Virus record (IMG/VR): IMGVR_UViG_3300036791_000458
Location: 1 to 64,000 of that record
Origin: a virus
DNA length: 64,000 nt
Strand: one strand, 5' to 3'
Position numbers and translations under genes: made by a program. Below are positions 1 to 9,798 of this stretch, one piece after another. The notes under the pieces are model-generated. The model saw only the letters and a list, made by a program, of their open reading frames with translations, was not told the DNA's origin and searched no databases. Every line of letters begins with the position of its first letter. The stretch's first letter is position 1.

Positions 1-42
1 TTCTTTTTGAATTTGCTCTGAGGTAACTTCCGGGTACGTCAT
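1..42 (-). CDS. 5' end of the next tail gene (partial, MTYPEVTSEQIQKE...), possibly NlpC/P60 by synteny
   Basis: ATG at 42 overlaps the hub stop (ATGA) and the frame is open to the window edge. In GTA-like tail modules the gene after the DUF2163 hub is usually an NlpC/P60 peptidase (synteny only). Confidence 0.35.
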   Translation of the reverse strand, partial: MTYPEVTSEQIQKE

Positions 43-1754
43 AGCACCGCCTGAGGTTGAGGAACGAACGGTTGACCACCAAAGTTTGGAGAGTTAGAGA
101 ACTTATTGAGACAAGTAGAACTTTGCTTGTCACATCCGGGATAGACATCGAAGGTATCCCCAACTTGAGGAACGTTAGGAAGCGACGCGGTCATGTAGAG
201 CACATGACTGGAATACGCTCGAACACAAACCTTTTGTCCCGCGTTTAGTCCTGACGTGAATTCTACCACACCCTGATCGAAGAAACCATCCGCTTGAGTC
301 AATCCGGTGACCAAAGAATTAACCGTAGAACCAGAAAGCACTATACTGTTTGACTTGAACGACAAACGATTTAAAGTGCAACCGAAATCGTAAAGAGTGT
401 AGGAACAAGCAGGAGTCAATGTACGTGGCGGGTTCGGTTGCTGTAACAAACCAACCACACTATTACAAGTAAGCGTAACCTGACTTCTACCTGCCGAGGT
501 GGTATCTCCAATCACTCCCATGAAGTCAATAATGGTTCCCGTAGACACATCTCCGGGAGTTGCCATAAAACAACTTTCAACTTTGATTAGGCAGTCTAAA
601 AACCCCTTCTGCAAAATGTATATCAGGAAAGGTAACCCGCTAATTAAGTCTATGGAACGAGCATTCACGGTGAGAGACATGGTTGAGACTTCAACACCGA
701 TCTTAGTCGTGATCGAACCACGAACGAAAGTAGGTGGGCCAGCTAAGAACGTATTTGCTGCCAAGTAGTAAACAAATATCTTGTCAAACTCTGCTGTCAT
801 CGTACCAGAAAAGCCACCGTTCCCGAGGTAAATTGAGACTGTCGCAGCGGTAGCAGGAACGGTTGTATTTCCAATTATTGAAGTCCAAGAGGAAGACGTG
901 GTAGACCCGATGGTAGGAGTACCGACTTGTGTATTTGAAGCATCGGAAAACACACAAAGTACATAGGCACCGTGAGTACCATCACTCTTCACCTGAGCAG
1001 AGACAGTGATGACTTGATTCGGAATAACTGGATAACTCCCGCTTATACCGTATCCACTTAAAGGCGCAGTTACAGCGAGACTTTGTCGTCCACTGAATTG
1101 AGCTGTAGTATCATAAGCGAGTGTCGCACCACCCGTAGGACTCCAACCCGGAACGGGTAGAAGATTGGATTCTTCGAAATCTGAGTTGCGAAGAAGTGGA
1201 AACTGCCCAATGGTCAAGTTCTTATTCCATGTCGTGTACCGAAGCACACTCAGTGGATTCTCTACCCCTTGTGTAAGAATGACGGATGAACCCGAAATAG
1301 TTGACCAACCAGAAAAATTTAAGCTAGTTACTAAGTTGATTCCGTCTGCGGCTTTACAGATAATTGGATTGAATGCTATTACATCTATAGAATCAGTTGC
1401 AACTGATCCACTAAATCTCAACTGAACAAAACCTACACCGTCCCCAACCCCGGAAAGAGAAACTGCTTGACTAGCACCGGGAGCAATACTAGTATTCTGA
1501 TTCACGCCAAAGTTCACATCAATACGAACCGGAGCAAGTCCAATATTTCTAACGATGACTTTAACTAAGTAAGTCACGCCACTCGCACCTACTCCAGCAG
1601 AGAAAAAGTACTTCAAGGCGGTTGTCCCACCTATACTCTGAATTCTTGTCCCGGTATTTTTTGCGGTATGGAGATTGATCGTGTATAGGTCAGCACGATA
1701 GAAATCTCTTCCGCTATTCAACAGAGAGATTAAAGCAGTAGATGCAGCTTTCAT
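39..1754 (-). CDS. Baseplate hub protein (DUF2163/BR0599, GTA-like) with inserted carbohydrate-binding-like domains
   Basis: N-term 'RADLYTI', 'LRYTTW'. C-term 'C.YTLYDFGC', 'FFDQGVVEFTSGLNAG', 'GDTFDVYPGCDK...C.NKFSN..NFGG.PFVP' are typical of BR0599. The 'LLRNSDFEE...GWS' insert is CBM4/9-like. Confidence 0.85.
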   Translation of the reverse strand: MKAASTALISLLNSGRDFYRADLYTINLHTAKNTGTRIQSIGGTTALKYFFSAGVGASGVTYLVKVIVRNIGLAPVRIDVNFGVNQNTSIAPGASQAVSLSGVGDGVGFVQLRFSGSVATDSIDVIAFNPIICKAADGINLVTSLNFSGWSTISGSSVILTQGVENPLSVLRYTTWNKNLTIGQFPLLRNSDFEESNLLPVPGWSPTGGATLAYDTTAQFSGRQSLAVTAPLSGYGISGSYPVIPNQVITVSAQVKSDGTHGAYVLCVFSDASNTQVGTPTIGSTTSSSWTSIIGNTTVPATAATVSIYLGNGGFSGTMTAEFDKIFVYYLAANTFLAGPPTFVRGSITTKIGVEVSTMSLTVNARSIDLISGLPFLIYILQKGFLDCLIKVESCFMATPGDVSTGTIIDFMGVIGDTTSAGRSQVTLTCNSVVGLLQQPNPPRTLTPACSYTLYDFGCTLNRLSFKSNSIVLSGSTVNSLVTGLTQADGFFDQGVVEFTSGLNAGQKVCVRAYSSHVLYMTASLPNVPQVGDTFDVYPGCDKQSSTCLNKFSNSPNFGGQPFVPQPQAVL

Positions 1755-1757
1755 AGC

Positions 1758-3476
1758 TTAGTTACTCGTTTGGATGAGAGTAATTTCCTTCATGTTCCAC
1801 AACTGATAGTAAAAATTATTGAACGCCGCACTCGTGTCATCGATGAAGCGAACACGGTAATACCAACCGTAGTCACCGGAAAGAACCGCACCAGTAGGAG
1901 GCGTAACGTTAAACTGAACAATCCCCGCCTGAGTCGAAAATATCGTGTAGTCAGTCACGGTAGCTGACGATGTAGTAGTCGAAATGTACCGTGTTGGAGT
2001 TGAACCCGCTTCTAACTGAGCACCCCAGACGATTGCTGATCCAGTAGTCGTCGCAAGGTCTGGGCCGGGGTTATTCCCACTGTTAGTTCCCGTGGCCGGC
2101 TGGATTGATACGGTAACAGTCGTGTTGGTTCCATTGTTAGCTAGTGTACCAGTAAATCGCCAGTAAATTCCACAACTAATAACAGCAAAACTAATTGTAC
2201 CACCACTAGTTGCTACACCACTGTTAGTATTCAACCTAGGCGTTGCAGATACAGCAGTACCACCTGCCATCGATAGATTAAATCCAAAAGTGTTCGTCGC
2301 GGCAGTTGTTTTCAGTACGTATATAGAAAACGTATATGGTGTTAAATCAGCCGGGACTGAATTCGACACAGCGACTGCTTGAAAGACGGTAGTACTTGAG
2401 TCATTCAACGTATCAGCAGATGTGGTTCCATCAGGAGCTAAATTCGTATTAGGAGTAACTGCTGCGGAAGCTGTCCAAGGAGACTGATCAAATCCTGCGC
2501 TCTGTGATAAGAAGTTTTTCCTCGCTTTACTACTCAAAGCACTCGGGCCAGTACCACCTTGACTCATTGTCTTCGCGTAGTTAGTCGCAGTAGCATTAGT
2601 TTCATACTGAAAACCCCAAGTATAAACACTAAAAGGCGCATTTGAAACATCCTGAAGTATCGCTATCAATGACAACGAACCATTACCGACTCCCGTCACT
2701 GAAAATCGTTGCCAAGTAGTTGTAACGTTACATAAGACTGAACTAATTGCGTTTCCATGAAGTCTTACAGTCTGAGGTGAATCACCACGCAACCACACCG
2801 AGAGAGTATAAGATTGCCCGTTAACACTGGTGCCACTTCCAAAGTATGAGAGATTTTGTTGCATACGATTTTGTGGAGACGAACGTGCGATGTCCGATCC
2901 ATCATACGTAACTAAATCAGCGGTAAGCGAACCATCCGGCGCAGCAGTAGCATTAGGTGTAACGGTCACTCCCGTACCTTTAATCCACACAGCTTGCGTG
3001 TAGTCTTCCGACCATGCAACTATGTTTAGAGGATTTTGCCAGTCAGAAATGTATATGACTGGATTCGGTTTAATCTCGTACAGTTCTTCTGCAAAGCTAC
3101 CGGAAGTTTGAATAAGCTGAAACTGGGTTGTAGCACCGTCCCCAACCCCGAACACCTGACCTGTCCTGCTAGAAGACCGTGGGTCTCTGGTAAGCGCAGA
3201 AGGATCAAGTAAGAACGAGCTAAAGGCACCGTTCATGTTGTTGTAAAAACCTTCTATCGCGCTTAGATCATAGTTGGGACTCAAGGCACCTGCATATGCC
3301 TGATTCTCCAGCATGACTTCGTATGCAAGTTTAAACTTGTACTGAGGCTGAGACATCCCAGAAACACGAACTTCCTTCCGTTTGTCGAACGGTATTTGCA
3401 CGATGGTGTTATACATGGGCGTCTTCTCAAAATCCCAAGATAAACCCGGAACGGTTGGAAATAAAAGATTGCTCAC
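1758..3476 (-). CDS. Distal tail protein (DUF2460-like) with two inserted lectin/CBM-like domains
   Basis: N-term 'FPTVPGLSWDFEKTPMYNT...GAFSSFLLD...GVGDGATTQFQL' and C-term 'FNVTPPTGAVLSGDYGWYYRVRF'. Inserts carry 'APDG..TAD' and 'WG(A/F)Q(L/Y)E' motifs. Directly downstream of the tape measure gene. Confidence 0.8.
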   Translation of the reverse strand: MSNLLFPTVPGLSWDFEKTPMYNTIVQIPFDKRKEVRVSGMSQPQYKFKLAYEVMLENQAYAGALSPNYDLSAIEGFYNNMNGAFSSFLLDPSALTRDPRSSSRTGQVFGVGDGATTQFQLIQTSGSFAEELYEIKPNPVIYISDWQNPLNIVAWSEDYTQAVWIKGTGVTVTPNATAAPDGSLTADLVTYDGSDIARSSPQNRMQQNLSYFGSGTSVNGQSYTLSVWLRGDSPQTVRLHGNAISSVLCNVTTTWQRFSVTGVGNGSLSLIAILQDVSNAPFSVYTWGFQYETNATATNYAKTMSQGGTGPSALSSKARKNFLSQSAGFDQSPWTASAAVTPNTNLAPDGTTSADTLNDSSTTVFQAVAVSNSVPADLTPYTFSIYVLKTTAATNTFGFNLSMAGGTAVSATPRLNTNSGVATSGGTISFAVISCGIYWRFTGTLANNGTNTTVTVSIQPATGTNSGNNPGPDLATTTGSAIVWGAQLEAGSTPTRYISTTTSSATVTDYTIFSTQAGIVQFNVTPPTGAVLSGDYGWYYRVRFIDDTSAAFNNFYYQLWNMKEITLIQTSN

Positions 3477-3482
3477 TTTAGT

Positions 3483-6422
3483 TTACCTCTTAAGTTTACC
3501 TCTTAGGCCACCTTGTGTGATTCTCCGTTGAATGTGTTTGTACACATAGTCGCCTATAACATCACCGTGAGTATCTAGCATACGACGAATACTTTGACTA
3601 TCAACCGCATTGATATTCAAGATAGGTTGAAAGGCGTTGCCTTCCCGACCACCACCACCAAACGTTTCGGAAAAGGTTCCACCTGACGCTGTCGCGAGTC
3701 CCGGAGTACCAGTCAACAAAGCCTGTAACGGTTGTGATATGTTTGCAGGTAGAACCATTTCATTCTGATGCACGAGCGCAAGTCCGGTTTTTGGTTGGAT
3801 ACCACCTTTTTCAAACGCGCCCACCGCCATTATAGCTGCGAAGGTTGCTGCCGCAGCAACTACGGCAAGTGGTGGAAACGCAGAAAGCGCGTCATAAGCT
3901 CTAGCTGCGCCAGACTTTGCAGACTTGAATACACTCTTCTCCGTGCTCTCAGTTTCGACTGCCTCTTTTTCTCCAGCAGCGACAGTGGTTGTAGTTACAC
4001 CTTCGCTCGCGGAAAAAGCATCCATAAAGGCAATACCTTGATTCTTAGCCGCGTTAGACGCGGTCTCAGTCGCGTCCGCTGTTTGTTTTGCAGTAACCAT
4101 CACACCTAAGTGTAGTTTTTGCGCTGCTTCCATGACGGTGTTAGAAGTCAAAAAACTCATGACCATTTTTTGAAGTGCTTTATCTATGATTGCGAGTAAG
4201 GTAGTACTCCACAAAGACGCGAGAGACTGCATGAACGTCTTTTGTCCGGTCAACCATTCGTTAGTTGCACTAGTAAACGAACTAGTTATAGCTTGCATCT
4301 GTTGATGCCACTTCATTGCCATTTGATTAGCTAACTGAGCAGATTCATTTACCCTACGACGCTCCATTACCGACATTTGATCTTGAGCTTTTTGGTACTG
4401 GGGACTGAATTCTCCATACACAGCCTTTATTTCATTGAGCTGAGCTTGTAAGGAAGCTTCCTCAGCAGCGTACCGTTCCTTAATGATAGCTACTTCCTCG
4501 TTGTACCATTGTAGTTGAGTTTCCCTTCCCATTGCTAACTTGAAAGTATTCTGTTGCTTATCGTAAGAAGCTGCTAAGTCAGCCATTTGCTTAGAAAAAG
4601 CCGCAGTCTCTTGTTCTATTACTTTACGATTTTGTTGACGAATCCTCTCGGCATTACTATCAATATCAGTTATTTCTTTCTGAGTTCTCATCTCCAGAAG
4701 TTTCTTATCAGAAGCAAACTTCTCATCAATCGCTGCTATTTTTTGCTGATCACCCGCAGCATTAGCTACCTCAAGGTTTCTAGTAGCTGTAAGAGCATCC
4801 AGTTCGACCTGTGCTCTGTCCTTCGCTTCAGCTTTAAGGTCTTCGGTCTCCTTTTCAAGAGTAATGTGATGAAGTTCGTAATCTTTTTTAGTCGCGTCTT
4901 CTGCTGCTGAAACCCGTGCTACCCCCTCTCTTTGAGCGTTACTAATTCTCTGCTTCTCCAATGCATCAGACGCATCAGATTCACGCTTTGCTTCCGCCGC
5001 ATCAAGAGCTTCGTTATCCGCAGCAGTCTTTTCTCTCGCTACCTTTTGTTGACTTTGTAATGAAGTTATAGCTGCTTTCCTATCGTTGTCACTAACACCC
5101 TGACGTTGTTTCTCTATACTAATCTTTTCATTTAAATACGTAATGTCAGCAGTCAACTTTTTGTTATTAATATCCTTTAGTTGAGTTACTTCCTGCTGAT
5201 TATTTGTATTGTGTAGAGCTAAAGATTGTTCCGCTTGCGCTTTCTCTCTAGCGAATTTCTCTTCATTTAAGGCATGAGACGCTGCCGCTGTCGCTTCATC
5301 TGATTTAAGTTTATCATTATTCTTAGTTATAAAGTTGGTAGTTGCTTCGTTTTCATCGTTCTTTACCGCGTTATGAGACTCGCCACTCAGCCTAGTTTCT
5401 TGTTGCCAAAGCCAGGCGCGCTTCTCAAAATGTCTATTATATTCATCTATCTCACCAGTCGGAAAACCTCTCCTAGCTATGTCATCCATTGCATCTTGTT
5501 CAAGAATTGTATTTCTGTGAATCTCTTGCCATGCCGCGTTATATCCAACAGCTGAATCTCTCATACGTATAATCGTACCGGACTCATCCTTCATAGGCTC
5601 ACCAGTCGGGCCAAGAACAGGTCTACCAGTCGGATGAGCTTCTTCAGCAGCGATTGCTTCTACCCGTGCTTTATTTGCCTCAGATTGAATGCGTTTAAAC
5701 ATTTCTTCTGGGCCTTCTTCTAAACCAAAATCCTGAAACGCCTTACTCACAGCAGTTTGATCATCGAGAAGTTGTTTCGTCGCCTCCTTTGAATAATTCA
5801 TTATCTTGTCAAAGCCCTCTTTAGAATTGTCACCAATATGTGCTAACTTATAATCCATCTCGGCGATTGGGCCTTTTGTAGCTCGGATCAGGGCTTCTTC
5901 TGTTTTTTCAGTTCCTTCTACTATTGAACGATCCAATTCAATAGCAGAAACTTTCAACGCATCCAAAGCTTCTTTATCAGCCTCGGCTTTATCTGCAAAC
6001 TCTTTTATTTTATCAATTGCTTTCCCTAATAGTTCGATTACTCCCAATATCGCAATAGGTGCAAACGCCGCAGCCATTAAAGGCGCGATACCTTCTATGC
6101 TACTAATAAAACGAGCGATCATTCTTGGAACATGAACACCCGTCATCTGTCCCAACTCACTGATCGCGTGAGTAGACTCAGTCATCTCAAGGCGAGTAGA
6201 CTTCAACTCACTTTCAAATTCCTTAGTAGCGTCACGACCCGAGTTCATTGCAGCCCTAGACTTTTGTCCCATGCTCTCTATTGCTGTAGTCAACTCTTTG
6301 ACGGACGCAGCCATTTGATTCATGGACGTTGCCATTATGGAAGGTGCGTCCGTACCAATAGCTTGCTTAAACTGAGATAAATCTGCGCCTAATGTAGTAG
6401 TAACTTTTAGATCGTCTGCCAT
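3483..6422 (-). CDS. Tape measure protein
   Basis: 979 aa, long Ala/Glu/Lys-rich helical sequence; C-term 'AFEKGG...LALVHQNEMVLPA'; follows the tail chaperones. Confidence 0.88.
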   Translation of the reverse strand: MADDLKVTTTLGADLSQFKQAIGTDAPSIMATSMNQMAASVKELTTAIESMGQKSRAAMNSGRDATKEFESELKSTRLEMTESTHAISELGQMTGVHVPRMIARFISSIEGIAPLMAAAFAPIAILGVIELLGKAIDKIKEFADKAEADKEALDALKVSAIELDRSIVEGTEKTEEALIRATKGPIAEMDYKLAHIGDNSKEGFDKIMNYSKEATKQLLDDQTAVSKAFQDFGLEEGPEEMFKRIQSEANKARVEAIAAEEAHPTGRPVLGPTGEPMKDESGTIIRMRDSAVGYNAAWQEIHRNTILEQDAMDDIARRGFPTGEIDEYNRHFEKRAWLWQQETRLSGESHNAVKNDENEATTNFITKNNDKLKSDEATAAASHALNEEKFAREKAQAEQSLALHNTNNQQEVTQLKDINNKKLTADITYLNEKISIEKQRQGVSDNDRKAAITSLQSQQKVAREKTAADNEALDAAEAKRESDASDALEKQRISNAQREGVARVSAAEDATKKDYELHHITLEKETEDLKAEAKDRAQVELDALTATRNLEVANAAGDQQKIAAIDEKFASDKKLLEMRTQKEITDIDSNAERIRQQNRKVIEQETAAFSKQMADLAASYDKQQNTFKLAMGRETQLQWYNEEVAIIKERYAAEEASLQAQLNEIKAVYGEFSPQYQKAQDQMSVMERRRVNESAQLANQMAMKWHQQMQAITSSFTSATNEWLTGQKTFMQSLASLWSTTLLAIIDKALQKMVMSFLTSNTVMEAAQKLHLGVMVTAKQTADATETASNAAKNQGIAFMDAFSASEGVTTTTVAAGEKEAVETESTEKSVFKSAKSGAARAYDALSAFPPLAVVAAAATFAAIMAVGAFEKGGIQPKTGLALVHQNEMVLPANISQPLQALLTGTPGLATASGGTFSETFGGGGREGNAFQPILNINAVDSQSIRRMLDTHGDVIGDYVYKHIQRRITQGGLRGKLKR

Positions 6423-6423
6423 A

Positions 6424-6693
6424 TCATGAGTCCGTTGGAAGTTTCATCTTCTTTTTCATTTCCTCAGCTATGTTAATAAGGTTTCTAACACGCTCAGGAA
6501 GTTGCTCGGAACCACGGAAAAAGCCTTGTTGGGTTAACATCATGGCACTTTCACGGTTGAAGGGAGTCTGTTGTTGCTCCGGAGTCGAAGGTTTCCAAGT
6601 GGTAAATACTTGAAGCAGCATCCGAATAGACATGTGTTCTGGAGGATGACTCAGCCAGTACTTGAGCAACTCAAGCACATCTGGCCAAAACAT
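6424..6693 (-). CDS. Tail assembly chaperone C-terminal (gpT-like) segment, probably reached by -1 frameshift
   Basis: The -1 frame is open from the slippery site at 6783 through 'IVTALHWSFDEVNSMFWPDV' into this ORF. Confidence 0.7.
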   Translation of the reverse strand: MFWPDVLELLKYWLSHPPEHMSIRMLLQVFTTWKPSTPEQQQTPFNRESAMMLTQQGFFRGSEQLPERVRNLINIAEEMKKKMKLPTDS

Positions 6694-6728
6694 AGAATTT
6701 ACTTCATCGAAAGACCAATGAAGTGCCG

Positions 6729-7088
6729 TTACGATTGAGCAGCGGATATCGGCGATTTGTCTTCGGCTGCTGGAGATTCCCCCGTCTTTGCAGCTACCTT
6801 TAGACCACTGAATTCCAAAATTTCTGACTGCAAATGTTGATACAGAACAAGGTCGAGTTCTTTTGAAATCCTGTCCGGAGTCCAGCGAACGATATCACCG
6901 TTACCGTTGGAAGTAACAGGTAGAGCATTGTTCAAACCATTACAAACCAGTTCATAGCTTCGAATCCGAAGTTCTTCTGGCTTCATATTGTCCACTTTAG
7001 TTTGAACAAAGTCATCTACCTGCGCGAGAGTCAACGGCGCGATGATAAATTCCGCGCCGTCCATATTTATTTTCTTTGTACGAGGCAA
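6729..7088 (-). CDS. Tail assembly chaperone (gpG-like)
   Basis: Between tail tube and tape measure. Likely start is TTG at 7088 after a purine-rich SD (the ORF track start at 7136 overlaps the tail tube gene). Confidence 0.7.
   Translation of the reverse strand: MPRTKKINMDGAEFIIAPLTLAQVDDFVQTKVDNMKPEELRIRSYELVCNGLNNALPVTSNGNGDIVRWTPDRISKELDLVLYQHLQSEILEFSGLKVAAKTGESPAAEDKSPISAAQS
6777..6783 (-). other. Putative programmed -1 ribosomal frameshift site G GGG GAA
   Basis: 'ACG GGG GAA TCT' near the end of the chaperone ORF; a -1 shift joins it in frame to 6424-6693 (checked by hand). Confidence 0.7.
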
Positions 7089-7110
7089 GGGGCACCCTCT
7101 CTTTCTCTGA

Positions 7111-7857
7111 TTAGAAGTCAGCGTAAATCTTTCCAAGGATTCCGGCCGCGTTCACGTTGCATGTCCAGTCGATATCCATGATCCAATAGTCTTCTTGCTT
7201 TGTCGGAAGAGAAATCTTTCCGAGCACACAAGAGAACATTTCAATTGCGAACAACTCATTGCGGAAACCGTTGTACAGAATCATCTGACAATAAGGCGCG
7301 TAGCCCATCAGTTGATTGTTAAGGGTGATCGTGGTTCCAGTAGTAACATCCGTCCACGTGTAAGAGATGAGCACAGATAGTTCTGTCTCAGCCGCAGCGA
7401 ATGTATAGGTTCCACCCGTGTTTTTGTACTGACCGGGAAGCGGTGTTGCAGCAGGAAGCACCTTGATGAACTGTCTGCCAGTTGTGCCACCGATGACACC
7501 GTAGTCAGTGTTGAAGGTAGCAAGATTGGTCACTGGCACCGTGGAAATGACCGACCCAAAGACGTGAGATTCGTTGTAGACAAAGCGATTTACACCCGTA
7601 CTTTGCGCCTGTCCAAAATAAATCTGATTGAGCATGCCTGGATCAAGTAGAGCTAATTTAGCTTTACCCGTAACCTTCAGCTTTCCACGGGCAGTTGAAA
7701 CTGGCATCTGACTCTGTCCAAACAATTCTTTTATGTCTCCAGCAAAGTCGATTTGAGCATCCTGTAGAATCCCTACATTTTGCGGAGACGGATTAGCGGC
7801 AAGATTACCGGCGTTGGGAATTGCAGATAAAACCCCAGTACCGAATTGCACATTCAT
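7111..7857 (-). CDS. Major tail tube protein
   Basis: 'FGTGVL', 'LQDAQIDF.GDIKELFGQ.Q.PV..ARGK.KVTGKAK', 'K.EDYWIMD.DW'; position before the chaperones. Confidence 0.8.
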   Translation of the reverse strand: MNVQFGTGVLSAIPNAGNLAANPSPQNVGILQDAQIDFAGDIKELFGQSQMPVSTARGKLKVTGKAKLALLDPGMLNQIYFGQAQSTGVNRFVYNESHVFGSVISTVPVTNLATFNTDYGVIGGTTGRQFIKVLPAATPLPGQYKNTGGTYTFAAAETELSVLISYTWTDVTTGTTITLNNQLMGYAPYCQMILYNGFRNELFAIEMFSCVLGKISLPTKQEDYWIMDIDWTCNVNAAGILGKIYADF

Positions 7858-7887
7858 GCGTAATTCTCCTTAATGCGGCATTGCCGC

Positions 7888-8370
7888 TTATGTTATTTTC
7901 TTCGTTCCGCCCCGTGGAAGAACCGAAATTGGAATCCATAAAGCACAAGTCTCAAATAGAATGGGAGAATCAATTTCTGTCCGCCCATCTATCCAACAGT
8001 TTTCAACTAGACCACCCAGCGTCTGTGGAAGTATTGGCCCACGTGGAACCGAAGCAGTGCCGGAGTGCATCACACCCTCAATCGCGTCTAGCATATCGTC
8101 CATCATAGATTCAATCGGTGTATCTTCCGGAGTACTATCTGCTCTAAGCACCACGAGAAGAACATAACGAAAATGATTCTTCGTCAGTCCAAATGTTGCT
8201 TGAGTAGTATCTTCATTCACTTTCGCAAGAAACATTGCAGGAAGTTCAAAACCAGTCAAGTCATCCGGAACCCTCAAACGAGGATCGGCAGTCCCCCAAT
8301 TCCATGAGGTTTTGATGAGAGCGAACAACGCGCTCGAAATTTGACTTCTCTTGACTGATGCAGTCGGCAT
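7888..8370 (-). CDS. Tail terminator / tail completion protein
   Basis: 'PAMFL', 'LDAIE', 'QTLGGLV..CWIDG' motif; directly upstream of the tail tube gene. Confidence 0.7.
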   Translation of the reverse strand: MPTASVKRSQISSALFALIKTSWNWGTADPRLRVPDDLTGFELPAMFLAKVNEDTTQATFGLTKNHFRYVLLVVLRADSTPEDTPIESMMDDMLDAIEGVMHSGTASVPRGPILPQTLGGLVENCWIDGRTEIDSPILFETCALWIPISVLPRGGTKKIT

Positions 8371-8376
8371 ATATAT

Positions 8377-8574
8377 TTACCTGACTAACGCAACTCTGTC
8401 TTTCTCTTTCGCTTTTCCCTCTACCTTAAGTGGAAGTTTCTTGATCACTATCAACAAGAGAGAACCAAACTGAGAAACATGCTCAATCACAAAATCATCG
8501 CTTTCTTCTTCAACCCATTTTTTGAAATCACGAACCGTGGAAAAATAGATAACAGTACGTGTCGGTTCACTCAT
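8377..8574 (-). CDS. Hypothetical protein
   Basis: 65-aa ORF filling the gap in a tightly packed operon. Confidence 0.5.
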   Translation of the reverse strand: MSEPTRTVIYFSTVRDFKKWVEEESDDFVIEHVSQFGSLLLIVIKKLPLKVEGKAKEKDRVALVR

Positions 8575-8576
8575 GT

Positions 8577-9164
8577 TTACTCCATTTCTTGAGCAACAAC
8601 TTGTCTAAATCTTTCTGCAATGTAGCTACTTCTTTCCGCGAGACTAGATCGCATATAAGACCGCATTGCGAGTGGTGGATGGTTGACACTCTTTACTACT
8701 ACACCACCTAAGCTAGCAAATCTCTCTCTACTAAGTCCCCTCAACCGTCCACCCGCCTTTCCTATGTTACGTAAAACCGTTCTAACCGTAGAGCGATCTA
8801 GCGAAACAGAAGTGAAAGTCGTGGGGAAAAAAGCAAGTGCGCGTTTATTTTTTGGCCTGATGGTATACCAACCTCTTCCACCGTACTCTTGGACTCCTGC
8901 ATAGGCAAGGCCACCACCTGCTTCAACTCCACCAGTAATCACATCAGCAGAGTTAGTAACCGGAAGTCGCTTAACGGAACGAGCAAGCGAACCAGACCTT
9001 CTAACTAGAACTTGGCCGGATAATTTCTCCGTAACTATGTAGGCCGCAAGTCTATCCGTCTCAGTCGCCATAGTCTCTTCTACTCTTGCAGTCACCCTGA
9101 GTAAACGCGCACGAAGTCTCGCGATAACTTCCTCGGAATTCGAACTGAAAGTAAGCGTTATCAA
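8577..9164 (-). CDS. Neck / tail completion protein (HK97 gp10-like)
   Basis: Basic protein with 'RSGSLARS', 'YAGVQEYGG', 'IRPKNKRALAF', 'V.HP....RSYMR'. Confidence 0.65.
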   Translation of the reverse strand: MITLTFSSNSEEVIARLRARLLRVTARVEETMATETDRLAAYIVTEKLSGQVLVRRSGSLARSVKRLPVTNSADVITGGVEAGGGLAYAGVQEYGGRGWYTIRPKNKRALAFFPTTFTSVSLDRSTVRTVLRNIGKAGGRLRGLSRERFASLGGVVVKSVNHPPLAMRSYMRSSLAERSSYIAERFRQVVAQEME

Positions 9165-9796
9165 ATCGGTATAATCGTTTTGTAGTTGTTAAGGATCGCT
9201 TCAACTACTGGTTCGCATTCATAATCCTGATAAGAAGTGGTTCCCGCGCCACCTGCCATTGTCTTGCTTTTCAAACCTATCCAGTCACGACGCTTATAGG
9301 TAAGTGCGACTTGAATTACACATGCTCGCTCAATGTCTGGTGGCGTATTCTTATAGCCTGCCGTGTAGACTATATTAATATTTTGAACACCTTCATCAAA
9401 TCCACCAGAACCATAGCCTACACCGGGGCCACCACGCATAATAAGCGCGTCTTTTGCGCTGTTGATCATGACTCCAGTATCACTATAGTTCGGAGCAAGT
9501 GGAATCGACCTACCGCTAACGTTCAACGATATGACGCTTTGAATTGGATTGTTGCGTAGAAACATTAGACCATGACCCGTACCGTCATACCACTCATTGA
9601 ATTCAACGGGTTCATTGAATGGGTTCACCTCTGGTACGTCACCATCTGCGCCCAGACCGACCTTCCACATAAAAATCCAACTCCACATCACTATGCAAGC
9701 TTGGATATTATCGTCGTCAGTAGACGCCGCGGGTGCCTTACCCGTACCCGACAACCAACTTTTGACCGCATCGACAGTAGTTAATTCAATTCCCAT
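9161..9796 (-). CDS. Head-tail adaptor (gp6-like)
   Basis: 'LTTVDAVKSWL', 'E.YDG.G', 'NINIVYTAGY...PPDIE.AC', 'ILNNYK'. Confidence 0.8.
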   Translation of the reverse strand: MGIELTTVDAVKSWLSGTGKAPAASTDDDNIQACIVMWSWIFMWKVGLGADGDVPEVNPFNEPVEFNEWYDGTGHGLMFLRNNPIQSVISLNVSGRSIPLAPNYSDTGVMINSAKDALIMRGGPGVGYGSGGFDEGVQNINIVYTAGYKNTPPDIERACVIQVALTYKRRDWIGLKSKTMAGGAGTTSYQDYECEPVVEAILNNYKTIIPI

Positions 9797-9798
9797 AA

